A stretch of 64,000 bases of DNA from an uncultured Bacteroidales bacterium. Its GTDB lineage: Bacteria; Bacteroidota; Bacteroidia; Bacteroidales; Paludibacteraceae. The notes below the pieces were generated by a model. It had not been told where the DNA came from. It saw only the letters and a program-made list of their open reading frames with translations, and searched no databases. Location of the stretch: the NCBI GenBank assembly GCA_946414805.1, contig CAMKPZ010000002.1, positions 302,617-366,616 of the forward strand, read 5' to 3'. The translations under genes were made by a program, and so were the position numbers. Shown here piece after piece: positions 1-9,788 of the stretch. Positions within the stretch are counted from its first letter, which is position 1. Each line of letters begins with the position of its first letter.

Positions 1-1
1 A

Positions 2-982
2 GTGGCGTCTATGGCACGCGAGTATTTCTATATCCGTATATGGGCGGCTCCCGCAACCCTGTGTCTGTTCACTTTCAAGGGATGGTTCATCGGTATGCAG
101 GACACCAAAAGCCCGATGGCGACAGATATTCTGGTGAATGTGGTGAATATGGGTGCCAGTTACGGATTGGCGGTATATACTCCTCTGGGCGTCTCCGGCG
201 TGGCTTGGGGAACACTGATCGCACAGTACAGCGGTCTGGTTCTGGCAGGAATAATACTGGCTTCCCGATATTCCGACATGTCGGTATTCCGGCATTTCGA
301 TGAATGGAAGGAAACCATGCGATGGACGGAGATGAAACGAATGATGCACCTGAACGGCAATCTGTTTATCCGGTCGCTCTGTTTCATGGTGGTGTATGTC
401 GGTTTCACTTCGCTTGCCAGCCGCTACGGTGATACCGAATTGGCGGTAAGCAGTATATTGATGAAGCTATTTATGTTCTTCTCCTTTTTCGTGGACGGTT
501 TTGCCTACGCCGGCGAAGCACTGGTGGGCAAGGCTTTCGGCGAGAGGCAGAAGGACAAAACGCACAGCACCACGGGCGTGCATGCAGTTGTGCGGTCGCT
601 GTTCGTCTGGTCTATCGGTGTAGGACTGGTGTTCACCGTTCTCTATGCGTTCCGGGGTGACGAGTGTATGGCGCTCATGACGAGCGACGGCGAAGTGCTG
701 GAAGCCGCAAGAAAATACATGGGATGGCTGATTGCAATGCCGATCATCAGTACCCTGGCGTTCATGTGGGACGGTATCTATGTCGGAGCCACCGCAGGTG
801 TGCAGATCCGAAACGCAATGATCTGGGCGGCTGTAGGATTCGTGGCACTCTATATCGCCACCTATCGGTTCTGCGGTCCGCAAGCTTTGTATATAGCCTA
901 TTTTGCGCATCTCTTTGCGCGAGTGATTTATTTGACAATCCATTGGAGAAAGACTTATGAGTTATCCGAAATTAGAAAATAG
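2..982 (+). CDS. MATE-family efflux transporter, C-terminal part (gene starts upstream of the window)
   Basis: ORF is open to the window edge. It is a polytopic hydrophobic protein (helices such as IRIWAAPATLCLFTFKGWFIG, GVAWGTLIAQYSGLVLAGIIL, GWLIAMPIISTLAFMWDGIYVG) in the pattern I associate with DinF/NorM-type MATE proteins. No search run. Confidence 0.7.
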   Translation: MASMAREYFYIRIWAAPATLCLFTFKGWFIGMQDTKSPMATDILVNVVNMGASYGLAVYTPLGVSGVAWGTLIAQYSGLVLAGIILASRYSDMSVFRHFDEWKETMRWTEMKRMMHLNGNLFIRSLCFMVVYVGFTSLASRYGDTELAVSSILMKLFMFFSFFVDGFAYAGEALVGKAFGERQKDKTHSTTGVHAVVRSLFVWSIGVGLVFTVLYAFRGDECMALMTSDGEVLEAARKYMGWLIAMPIISTLAFMWDGIYVGATAGVQIRNAMIWAAVGFVALYIATYRFCGPQALYIAYFAHLFARVIYLTIHWRKTYELSEIRK

Positions 983-1529
983 AGCGTGGAAGGTAGTCGA
1001 CAGCAAGAATATCCTGCGGTTAGGTCCCTGGCTATCCGTGCGCCAGGAGTGCGTGGAGTTGCCGTCCGGAGTACAGATACCCACTTGGTATATCTTCGAG
1101 TTCCCGGATTGGATCAACGTGATAGCGATCACCAAGGACGGCCGGATGGTGATGGAGGATCAGTACCGGCATGCCTTGGGCGAGACGCGGTACGAGCTGG
1201 TGGCAGGCGTGGTGGATCCGAACGAGACACCCTTGCAGGCCGCGCAACGCGAGTTGAGCGAAGAGACGGGATACGAAGGCGGCGAATGGTCGCTGTTCAT
1301 GACGCTCTCGCCGAATCCGACCAATCATAACAATCTGTCTTACACGTTTCTGGCAACGGGTGTGGAGAAACGCCGTGACCAACACCAGGAGCGGACAGAA
1401 GACATACACGTAGATATATTCTCTCCGGAGCAGGTATACGAAATGCTGCAAGACGGCGAGATCATACAGGCATTGCACGCAGCGCCATTATGGAAATGGT
1501 TTGCGGAACGAAATAACAAGAAATTATGA
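957..1529 (+). CDS. NUDIX hydrolase (ADP-ribose pyrophosphatase-like)
   Basis: Nudix box GVVDPNETPLQAAQRELSEETGY (GX5EX7REUXEEXGU). ATG at 957. Overlaps the upstream gene end by 26 nt. Confidence 0.88.
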   Translation: MSYPKLENRAWKVVDSKNILRLGPWLSVRQECVELPSGVQIPTWYIFEFPDWINVIAITKDGRMVMEDQYRHALGETRYELVAGVVDPNETPLQAAQRELSEETGYEGGEWSLFMTLSPNPTNHNNLSYTFLATGVEKRRDQHQERTEDIHVDIFSPEQVYEMLQDGEIIQALHAAPLWKWFAERNNKKL

Positions 1530-1951
1530 AGAAACTCATTGTTTTATTATTAGGAGTACTGCCTTTCTGCCTGACCGGATGTCGGGACGAGGTGAGGCAA
1601 CTATCGGGTTCTTATTCCTACAAGATCAGCGGAATCGCTGTTGTAGAGGGCGACGAAACGAGGCTTGGCGACGAGATGGGCGCGATGGATGTTGTCCGGA
1701 TCAACGGAGACAGTGTGCTGCTGACCTTCAATGCGTTGACGGGTCCGGCTTATTATACGCGCGCGCTGATTAACGGAAAGAAGATCACGGTAGACAGTTA
1801 TACCCGCAGCCTGAATGTAAACAGCGTCAACTACACCGTTACCGGTTCCGGAGAAGGCGAAGTGTACGACGAGACGATCCTTATCACGCTGCGCTATCAA
1901 TCGCCGGATGTGAAGGCTAACCAACTGACATTACTATGCAAAAAGAATTGA
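1526..1951 (+). CDS. hypothetical lipoprotein
   Basis: Signal peptide with lipobox MKKLIVLLLGVLPFCLTGC. ATGA overlap with the upstream gene and 16-nt overlap with the downstream gene. No family recognised. Confidence 0.6.
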   Translation: MKKLIVLLLGVLPFCLTGCRDEVRQLSGSYSYKISGIAVVEGDETRLGDEMGAMDVVRINGDSVLLTFNALTGPAYYTRALINGKKITVDSYTRSLNVNSVNYTVTGSGEGEVYDETILITLRYQSPDVKANQLTLLCKKN

Positions 1952-2970
1952 TCCTATTCCGTGCTGCTCTTTGTGGTTTTGCCGCGCTGGTGCTAACGGC
2001 CTGCGGAGGTCAGCAAGACCAGAAGAAAGTGGCTCCTATACCCGTCAAGGCAGAAGTGATCGCATCGCATCCGGATGGCGGGACAGTCCGTTACGTGGGA
2101 TCAATAGAAGCGATCAGCGAGACGCCTCTGAGTATGCAGGCCGGCGGACGCGTGAGCAGTATCCATTGCGTCGAAGGCGAACGGGTGCATAAGGGAAAGG
2201 TACTGCTGTGCGTGGACAGTACGAGGGCGGTGAATGCCCTGCGTGCTGCGGAAGCCGGTTATCGGCAGGCGCAAGACGGGTACGAACGCGTGAAACAGGT
2301 GCATGCCAAAGGGGCTGTGACCGACCAGAAACTGGTGGAGGTGGAGAGCCAACGCAATCAGGCACGGGCATTATATGAGTCTGCACGCCGGCAGGTGAAC
2401 GAATGCAAACTGGTGGCTCCGAACGACGGCGTGGTGAGCGGTTTGAATCTCCAAACAGGCCAGACAATCATTCCCGGTTCGCCGGTGCTGACGCTGATGG
2501 ATGTATCGGCTTTCTGTATCCGCTTTACGGTGCCGGAGACGGAGATAGGAGGTGTCAGGATCGGGCAAAACGGTGTAATGGAATGTGCCGCCGTGGATCA
2601 GAGTTACGCTATCCGGGTTACGGAGAAGGGCATGAAAGCCAATCCGGTCGCACACACCTACGAGGTGAAAGCAACGATCGAAGGGGATACGAAAGACCTC
2701 TTGTCCGGAATGGTCGGAAAAGTGATCATCGGTAGGAATGACGGTCAAGACGACGGAATGGTAGTTGTTCCGGCTCAATGCGTACTGTTGAAACCGGAAG
2801 GCCCCACTATCTGGACGGCGGCAGAAGGCAGAGCACGCCGCCGGATGATCACCATTGACGGATACTCGGTGAACGGCGTCTGTGTCCGCGAGGGATTGCA
2901 TGCCGGCGACACAATCATAACAGAAGGATACCAGAAACTTTATGACGGCTGTACCATCGTCATCCAATAA
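1936..2970 (+). CDS. efflux RND transporter periplasmic adaptor (MFP/HlyD family)
   Basis: Lipoprotein-type signal (AALVLTAC). Alpha-hairpin segment ALRAAEAGYRQAQDGYERVKQ...QRNQARALYESARRQV flanked by beta-rich segments. Directly precedes an RND pump. Confidence 0.85.
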   Translation: MQKELILFRAALCGFAALVLTACGGQQDQKKVAPIPVKAEVIASHPDGGTVRYVGSIEAISETPLSMQAGGRVSSIHCVEGERVHKGKVLLCVDSTRAVNALRAAEAGYRQAQDGYERVKQVHAKGAVTDQKLVEVESQRNQARALYESARRQVNECKLVAPNDGVVSGLNLQTGQTIIPGSPVLTLMDVSAFCIRFTVPETEIGGVRIGQNGVMECAAVDQSYAIRVTEKGMKANPVAHTYEVKATIEGDTKDLLSGMVGKVIIGRNDGQDDGMVVVPAQCVLLKPEGPTIWTAAEGRARRRMITIDGYSVNGVCVREGLHAGDTIITEGYQKLYDGCTIVIQ

Positions 2971-2973
2971 CGA

Positions 2974-5900
2974 ATGAAGACGCGCAAACACATAGAGAAC
3001 GCGATGCGGCATCACGGAATAGTGATGGCGCTCTTCCTCTTGCTGACGGGCTGGGGTATATGGTCTCTGCCGCGGATGAACAAAGATGAGTTTCCGCAGT
3101 TCACGATCCGCCAGGGTATAGTTGCCGCTATCTATCCCGGAGCCACGGCGCAAGAGGTGGAAGAGCAGGTGACGACTACGCTGGAGGACTATATCAACTC
3201 GTTTGAAGATGTAGATAAGGAGCAGACTTACAGCCAGACAGAGGACGGGATCGTATATGTATATGTCATGATCCGCAACTCGGTGAAGGACAACGCGGGC
3301 GCATGGACAAAGATCCGCGCCGGTCTGCCCTTGCTGCAAAAGACCGGCCTTCCTGCCGGTGTGCTGCAGACGGTGGTGGTGGATGATTTCGGAAACACCT
3401 CTTCCCTGTTGATTGCGGTGGAGAGCGCAGAGCGCAGTCCGCGTGAGTTGGAGGAATACACCAAGCTGGTATGCAGCAAACTGCGCACCATTCCGGAGAT
3501 GGGCAAACTCCGGATCATGGGGCAGCAGAGCGAAGAGATAGCGGTCACGATTGACACCGAGCGGTTGTCGATGTATGGCATTAATCCGACAACTCTCCGC
3601 GCGCAATTAGCATTGCAGGGGTTGCGCACTCTCGGAGGAGAGAGTGATCTGAGTGGCGCATTGCAGGTGGTGATTCCTTATCAGACGGAATACGAACTGC
3701 AGGAACAGATCATTTGGGCGGATCCGGTCACGGGTGCTACAATCCGTTTGAAGGATGTCGCTTCCGTGGAGCGCCGCTATCAGAAACCGGACAGGTATGT
3801 GGAGTACGAAGGTGCTTCCTGCCTGATCATCAATATGGAGATGGTGCCGGGCAATAATATCGTGGCTTTCGGCGACGAGGTGGACAAGCAACTGGCTGAG
3901 GCTTCGGCGTTGCTGCCGCCGGACATCCGGTTCCATCGCATCACCGACCAGCCGAAGGTGGTGAATGACTCTGTTCTGTCTTTCCTGCGCGACATCGTGA
4001 TATCGATCTTGGTTGTGATCGCAGTGATGCTTCTGCTCTTTCCGCTTCGTACTGCCTTGGTGGCTTCCACCGGTGTGCCTGTCTGTACGGCGATCTGTAT
4101 CGGGCTGATGTATATGACAGGGATAGAATTGAACACCGTTACGCTGGCGGCGCTGATCTTTGTGTTAGGAATGATAGTGGATGACAGTGTGATTGTCATC
4201 GACGGCTATACCGACCAGCTCATGCGTCGGAACCACTCGCGTTGGTATTCGGCGGTGGTGAGTACGAGTATGTTGTTTGTGCCGATGTCGCTGGCTACCT
4301 GTTCTATATGCGGTATGTTCTTCCCGATGACGCGTATCATCACCGGGCCGTTGGGCGAGTTTGTACAGCTCTTCCCGTGGGCGGTATTGTTTGCATTGGT
4401 AGCCAGTATCTTTTATGCCTCCTGGGTAACGCCGTATTTGTCCTACCGGTTTATCAAGAAGAATACGGAGGAACTGAACCTCTTCGAGCGTGTGCAGAAC
4501 AAGTTCTTCGGATGGCTGCAGGAGGGGTATAAGAAACTGCTTGAGCGTTGTTTCCGGCATCCGGCGGCGGTATGGGGATTGCTGATAGTCGTTCTGTCTA
4601 TCGGTCTCTTCTTGCTTTCGCGCCTTAACCTGCAGCTGTTGCCTAAGGCGGAGCGTGAGTTCTTCGCGGTGGAGATCCATCTGCGCGAAGGGGCAACGGT
4701 GGAGGAGAGTGCTCTGGTGGCGGATAGTCTGGCGCGTATCCTGCGGGCGGATAAAAGGGTGGAGAGCGTCACGGCGTTCATCGGTCAGGCTTCGCCGCGT
4801 TTCCATGCCACCTACACGCCGCAGATGGCGCATCCCAACTATGCACAGCTGATCGTGAACACACGTTCCAGCAAAGCTACCGCGCAGATCTTGCAGGACT
4901 ACGGCAGCCGGTATGAGAATTATTTTCCCAATGCTTATGCACGGTTCAAGCAGTTGGATTATCAGGCGGTGAAGAACCCTCTGGAGGTTCGGGTGCAAGG
5001 GGAGAACTGGGATCAGATGGCGGTGTACGCAGATAGTATATTGCGATACATGTCCACTATGCCGGAACTGCAATGGGTTCACTGTGAATACGATAACATG
5101 GCTCCTTCCACCCGGATAGAACTGAAGGCGGACGAGGCTACGCGTCTGGGAATTACGGAGACCACGCTCTCGTTGTACCTGCGTCAGGCTACCAAAGGAG
5201 CTACGCTTACCACCTTGTACGAAGGCAGTTATGCAGTGCCCGTGGTGCTCTATACCGCGGGAATGAAAGAGATGACCCCGGACGAGTTAGGCGCAATACA
5301 AGTGCCGACGGCAGTGCCCGGAGTGTGGGTTCCGTTGCGTCAGGTGGCTTCTATCACGCCTGACTGGCATCACACGAGCCTGGAGCGGCGAAATGCGGTC
5401 CGTACGGTTACCGTGGGGGCTGACTTGCGGGGAAAAATCAGTCAGGTGAGCGCAGAGAAGAAAGTGAGGAAATGGATCAATGCGAATATCAGGGAATTGC
5501 CGGAAGGCGTGTCCATTACGTATGGCGGTCTTACGGCTGTCAACGGCATGATCGTGCCGCAGATCATCTGGTCGGTCATTGCTGCTCTGGCGGTGATGCT
5601 GGTGTTGCTGATCTATCACTTCGGCAAACTTGGTCTGGCCCTGCTGGCACTGTCGAGCGCATCGCTCTGTATCTTCGGCGCGATGTTGGGGCTCTGGATC
5701 TTCGATCTGGATATATCCATCACGGCTGTGCTGGGTATTGTGAGTCTGATTGGTATCATAGTGCGGAACGCGATCATGATGTACGAGTATGCCGAAGACT
5801 CAAGGAGATATAATCACTGCACCTATCGTGAAGCGGCTTTCATGGCAGGGCTGAGGCGGATGAGGCCGGTTTTCCTCACCAGTGCTACTACGGCGCTGGG

Positions 5901-6051
5901 GGTTCTCCCGATGATCATCTCGCATTCCAGTCTCTGGATGCCGATGGGAGTGGTGATTTGTTTTGGTACGATATTTACGCTTCCGCTGACGGTTACGATC
6001 TTGCCGGTGGTTTATTGGAGGGTGTATAAGAACAACGATCCGAAAGAATGA
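2974..6051 (+). CDS. efflux RND transporter permease (AcrB/CzcA superfamily)
   Basis: 1025 aa. N-terminal TM helix, then a large soluble loop, then a TM cluster; the pattern is repeated twice. Typical AcrB-like sequence throughout. Sits between adaptor and TolC-like genes. Confidence 0.92.
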   Translation: MKTRKHIENAMRHHGIVMALFLLLTGWGIWSLPRMNKDEFPQFTIRQGIVAAIYPGATAQEVEEQVTTTLEDYINSFEDVDKEQTYSQTEDGIVYVYVMIRNSVKDNAGAWTKIRAGLPLLQKTGLPAGVLQTVVVDDFGNTSSLLIAVESAERSPRELEEYTKLVCSKLRTIPEMGKLRIMGQQSEEIAVTIDTERLSMYGINPTTLRAQLALQGLRTLGGESDLSGALQVVIPYQTEYELQEQIIWADPVTGATIRLKDVASVERRYQKPDRYVEYEGASCLIINMEMVPGNNIVAFGDEVDKQLAEASALLPPDIRFHRITDQPKVVNDSVLSFLRDIVISILVVIAVMLLLFPLRTALVASTGVPVCTAICIGLMYMTGIELNTVTLAALIFVLGMIVDDSVIVIDGYTDQLMRRNHSRWYSAVVSTSMLFVPMSLATCSICGMFFPMTRIITGPLGEFVQLFPWAVLFALVASIFYASWVTPYLSYRFIKKNTEELNLFERVQNKFFGWLQEGYKKLLERCFRHPAAVWGLLIVVLSIGLFLLSRLNLQLLPKAEREFFAVEIHLREGATVEESALVADSLARILRADKRVESVTAFIGQASPRFHATYTPQMAHPNYAQLIVNTRSSKATAQILQDYGSRYENYFPNAYARFKQLDYQAVKNPLEVRVQGENWDQMAVYADSILRYMSTMPELQWVHCEYDNMAPSTRIELKADEATRLGITETTLSLYLRQATKGATLTTLYEGSYAVPVVLYTAGMKEMTPDELGAIQVPTAVPGVWVPLRQVASITPDWHHTSLERRNAVRTVTVGADLRGKISQVSAEKKVRKWINANIRELPEGVSITYGGLTAVNGMIVPQIIWSVIAALAVMLVLLIYHFGKLGLALLALSSASLCIFGAMLGLWIFDLDISITAVLGIVSLIGIIVRNAIMMYEYAEDSRRYNHCTYREAAFMAGLRRMRPVFLTSATTALGVLPMIISHSSLWMPMGVVICFGTIFTLPLTVTILPVVYWRVYKNNDPKE

Positions 6052-7418
6052 GACGCAATGCTAAAATAGGACTTTTATTGATCCTTTGCTTCGCTTTCGC
6101 AGGCATGGCAAGGGCGGAAGAGGTACGCCTTTCTCTCGATTCGTGTATGGCGTTGGCGAAGCGGAATAATCCCGTGCTCCGCAAATCCGAATACGATGTG
6201 AAGCGTGCGGAGGAAGTGAAAGCGCAGGCGCTGACCAAGTATTTCCCGCAGATACAAGGTACGGCTTTCGGTTATCACTCCCTGCATCCGATCGTGGATA
6301 TAGGTATCGATGATATCAACAATGCCGCTGTACGGGATCTCTTGACCACGCTCTACGGCAATTACGGAGCTGCGCTGGGACTGGATAACTCCCTCAATCT
6401 CTTCCGGCACGGCTATATGGTTGGCGTTACGGCGCTGCAGCCTGTTTTTGTCGGAGGGAAGATTGTTGCAGGGAACAAGTTGGCGAAAGTGGGAGTCGAG
6501 GCTGCCAAACTGCAGGCGCAGGTGAGTCAGCGGGATGTCCTGGAATCGGTGGAAGAGAGTTATTGGCTCGTGTACAGCCTGCAGCAGAAAGAACAGATCA
6601 TCGACGAGGCTCTGGAACTGCTTGACTCGCTCTCTGCTGCCGTCTCGTCGGCTGTGGATGCGGGATTGGCGTTGCCGTATGACCGGATGCAGGTGGAGTT
6701 GCACAGGGACGAGATTTTGCGCCGGCAGGTGCAGCTGCAGAACGGTCTTCGCCTTGCACAACGGGCGCTTGCACTGGCGATCGGAGCGGAGGACGAACTC
6801 GCTATCGTCACGATGGATCAAGAGACGGAGATGGGTGTCCTGCCGGTGAACGACACACTCGCGCAGACCGCAGAACAGCAACTGCTGGATCTGCAGGTGC
6901 AGGCGGCGCAACTCCGGAAACGGATGGCGCTGGCGGATGCCTTGCCGCAGATTGCCGTCGGGGCTAACTACAGTTACAGCCGCTATCAGGCGAATATACT
7001 ACGAAACGGACTGGGGAACAATACAGGCAACGGAGCGCTCTTTGTCACGCTGAATGTGCCGCTGACCCAGTGGTGGGAAACGAGCCATAAACTGCGGGAG
7101 AAACAATATGCGATCGAGCAGGCGAAGATTGATGCGCAGTATCTGGGCTCCCAACTGAACATGCGTACGAGGCAGGCTTATGATGAGGTGGTGAACGCGA
7201 TGGCGCTGCTCCGGATACACGAACGTACTGCCGCGCATGCGCAGCAGGCGTATCTGCATGCGAAAGCCAATTATGAAGCAGGCTTGGCTACCGTCACGGA
7301 CTTGCTGCAATCGCAGACAGCCCTGACGCAGGCGCAGGATGAATGGACGGATGCCCGCATCGCTTACCGCGTGCATCTTCGCAGATATCAGGATCTGATT
7401 AGCACCACTGTGCAATGA
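6048..7418 (+). CDS. TolC-family outer membrane efflux protein
   Basis: Signal peptide MRRNAKIGLLLILCFAFAGMARA. Internally duplicated helical/barrel pattern typical of outer membrane factors. ATGA overlap with the pump gene. Confidence 0.85.
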   Translation: MRRNAKIGLLLILCFAFAGMARAEEVRLSLDSCMALAKRNNPVLRKSEYDVKRAEEVKAQALTKYFPQIQGTAFGYHSLHPIVDIGIDDINNAAVRDLLTTLYGNYGAALGLDNSLNLFRHGYMVGVTALQPVFVGGKIVAGNKLAKVGVEAAKLQAQVSQRDVLESVEESYWLVYSLQQKEQIIDEALELLDSLSAAVSSAVDAGLALPYDRMQVELHRDEILRRQVQLQNGLRLAQRALALAIGAEDELAIVTMDQETEMGVLPVNDTLAQTAEQQLLDLQVQAAQLRKRMALADALPQIAVGANYSYSRYQANILRNGLGNNTGNGALFVTLNVPLTQWWETSHKLREKQYAIEQAKIDAQYLGSQLNMRTRQAYDEVVNAMALLRIHERTAAHAQQAYLHAKANYEAGLATVTDLLQSQTALTQAQDEWTDARIAYRVHLRRYQDLISTTVQ

Positions 7419-8023
7419 GGATAATTGTCTTTGACCATATGGACCGGGCAACGGAGCAGGAAGTGGAGCGGATGCTGCCGCTCGTCTCTCCGCAGCGGCG
7501 GGAACAGGCGCTGCAATACAAACACACGCTGGGACGGTTCTGTTGCCTCAAATCATGGCTGATGCTCCGCGAACTGCTTGAGGAAAACGGGATGGAGATG
7601 AGTCCGTGGCAATATAACGGATACGGCAAACCCTTCCTGTCGAAGGGACCGTTCTTCAGTATCAGCCATTGCAAGGAAGCGGTCGCGGTAGCCCTGAGCG
7701 AAAACCCGATAGGGATTGATATAGAGGGAATACGGCACGTGGACGATTCCCTCGTTGAGCGGACTATGAACGGGGAGGAGCAGACATTGATCCGTGACTC
7801 AGCCGCGCCCGACAGAGCCTTCACACGCCTCTGGACACGGAAAGAAGCGATCCTCAAATGCAAAGGAACCGGCATCGGGGGCTTTGACTCCCTCCGCTCA
7901 TCCATAGCGGATTTTGAACAGGAGTACCGAAGTGTCAAAGCAGAGCTGAAGACGGAGGAAACCCCGGCCTATATTTATAGTTTATGCTCTGTGACTCGTT
8001 CCAAACACGTAAACGACACGTAA
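7415..8023 (+). CDS. 4'-phosphopantetheinyl transferase (Sfp type)
   Basis: Motifs GKPFL, FSISHCKEAVAVAL, GIDIE and WTRKEAILKCKG match the Sfp-type PPTase signature. Start overlaps the TolC-like stop. Confidence 0.8.
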   Translation: MRIIVFDHMDRATEQEVERMLPLVSPQRREQALQYKHTLGRFCCLKSWLMLRELLEENGMEMSPWQYNGYGKPFLSKGPFFSISHCKEAVAVALSENPIGIDIEGIRHVDDSLVERTMNGEEQTLIRDSAAPDRAFTRLWTRKEAILKCKGTGIGGFDSLRSSIADFEQEYRSVKAELKTEETPAYIYSLCSVTRSKHVNDT

Positions 8024-8037
8024 TCGACACGTAAACG
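8005..8037 (+). repeat. 11-bp tandem repeat x3 (ACACGTAAACG / ACACGTAATCG)
   Basis: Read directly. The PPTase stop codon TAA (8021-8023) lies inside unit 2. Confidence 0.9.
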
Positions 8038-8054
8038 AAAACTAACAACACAAT

Positions 8055-9788
8055 ATGGAAAATTACATTGTATCGGCGCGTAAGTACCGGCCGCAGACCT
8101 TTGAATCGGTAGTGGGGCAGCAGGCACTGACTCAGACGCTTCAGAATGCGATCCGCCAGAACCATCTGGCGCATGCCTATCTGTTCTGCGGTCCGAGGGG
8201 AGTGGGAAAAACCACTTGCGCGCGTATCTTCGCGAAGACGATCAACTGTCTCAATCCGCAGAACGGATACGACGCTTGCAACGAGTGTGAGTCCTGCAGG
8301 GCTTTCAATGAGCAGAGGTCGTTTAATATCCATGAACTGGATGCTGCCAGCAACAACTCGGTGGAGGATATTCGTTCGCTGATTGACCAGGTGAGGATTC
8401 CGCCACAGATCGGTAAATACTCGGTCTATATCATCGACGAGGTACATATGCTTTCGGCTGGAGCCTTCAATGCGTTGCTGAAAACGCTGGAGGAACCCCC
8501 TTCATATGCGATCTTTATTCTTGCTACCACCGAGAAGCACAAGGTGCTTCCTACGATCCTCAGCCGGTGCCAGGTCTATGATTTCAACCGTATTACGGTG
8601 CAGGACACAATCGCCCATCTCCAGTCGGTGGCTGCCAAAGAAGGGATCACGGTGAGCGAGGAGGCTCTGAATGTAGTGGCGCAGAAAGCGGATGGAGGAA
8701 TGCGCGACGCTTTGTCGATCTTCGACCAGTTGGTGGCATTCTGCGGTACGGATATCACGTATGAGCAGACGATTGCGGTACTCAATGTGCTCAATGTGGA
8801 TTATTATTTCTCGCTGGTGGAGAACGCGCTGAAACACGATGTGTCTGCGGCGTTGTTGCTCTTCAACGATGTGCTCAATCATGGTTTTGATGCCGGACAT
8901 TTCATTACAGGCTTTGCCCAGCATCTGCGCGATGTGCTGGTGTGCAAGGATCCGCAGACTGCCTCTCTGTTGGAGAGCAGTGACGCTATCAGGGCGCGAT
9001 ACACAACCCAGGCAACGCAATGCCATCCGCAATGGCTTTTCCTGGCGCTGGATATCATCAATACCTGCGATATCAACTACCGCACCGCGCGCAATAAACG
9101 CCTTACGGTGGAACTCGCCCTCGTTAAATTATGTCAATTGGGCGTACCGCAAGTGATCGCGCAAACGGCTCAGCCTGCACCTCAACCGAAGGCAGCCCCT
9201 CAACCGGTTACCGCTCCGCAGCCGCAGAGACCTGCGCCTCAACCAACGCCTGCGCCTCAACCCACGGCTGCACCGCAACCGAAGGCACCGACCGTGCAGG
9301 CGATCCCTAAGATGCCTAAGATCGGTCTGGGACTGGGGCCTAATCCGGTTCAACCGTCTGCACCGGCTTCTTCTGCCGAAGCGTCCGCTCCGGCACCTGC
9401 GGCATCGCAGGCTTCAATACCGAACGACCGCCCTTTTACGGCTGACCAACTCAAGGACGCGTGGGTTGGTCTGGCTGCTACTCATAAAGAGGAATTGCGT
9501 CTGAGGGAGTTGATTGAGACTTACACCCCGCGATTAATGGATGATCTGAACGCAGAGATACAAATGCCGAACCCCTGGCAGCTGTCGGAGATGCGGAAAG
9601 CACTGCCGACCTTGCTGAAGCAACTCAGGGCTGCGCTGCACAATGATCATCTTCAGATCCAACTGGTTCAGGCTGAATATAGTCAGGAGCAGATGGCTTT
9701 CACTGCGGAGGAGAAATATGCGCTGATGACGGAGCAGAACCCTGTGATCGCGCAACTGAAAGAACAACTGGATTTACAAATCGATTAG
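8055..9788 (+). CDS. dnaX: DNA polymerase III subunit gamma/tau
   Basis: Walker A GPRGVGKTT, DEVHML, SRCQ sensor, and Zn module CNECESC. Followed by a Pro/Ala/Gln-rich linker (QPAPQPKAAPQPVTAPQPQRPAPQP...). Confidence 0.95.
   Translation: MENYIVSARKYRPQTFESVVGQQALTQTLQNAIRQNHLAHAYLFCGPRGVGKTTCARIFAKTINCLNPQNGYDACNECESCRAFNEQRSFNIHELDAASNNSVEDIRSLIDQVRIPPQIGKYSVYIIDEVHMLSAGAFNALLKTLEEPPSYAIFILATTEKHKVLPTILSRCQVYDFNRITVQDTIAHLQSVAAKEGITVSEEALNVVAQKADGGMRDALSIFDQLVAFCGTDITYEQTIAVLNVLNVDYYFSLVENALKHDVSAALLLFNDVLNHGFDAGHFITGFAQHLRDVLVCKDPQTASLLESSDAIRARYTTQATQCHPQWLFLALDIINTCDINYRTARNKRLTVELALVKLCQLGVPQVIAQTAQPAPQPKAAPQPVTAPQPQRPAPQPTPAPQPTAAPQPKAPTVQAIPKMPKIGLGLGPNPVQPSAPASSAEASAPAPAASQASIPNDRPFTADQLKDAWVGLAATHKEELRLRELIETYTPRLMDDLNAEIQMPNPWQLSEMRKALPTLLKQLRAALHNDHLQIQLVQAEYSQEQMAFTAEEKYALMTEQNPVIAQLKEQLDLQID

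Noticed and set aside
2371-3606. 411-aa minus-strand ORF across the RND adaptor/pump junction (and similar antisense ORFs at 4165-5082, 6075-6911, 26653-27630, 39222-40172, 42913-43773, 59774-60859)
   Set aside because: All lie opposite strongly recognisable genes and lack motifs, signal sequences and promoters.
8055-9788. Programmed -1 frameshift site in dnaX (A AAA AAG type), as in E. coli
   Set aside because: I scanned the gene by eye and saw no AAAAAAG heptamer or similar slippery run, so there is no support for a gamma-producing frameshift.
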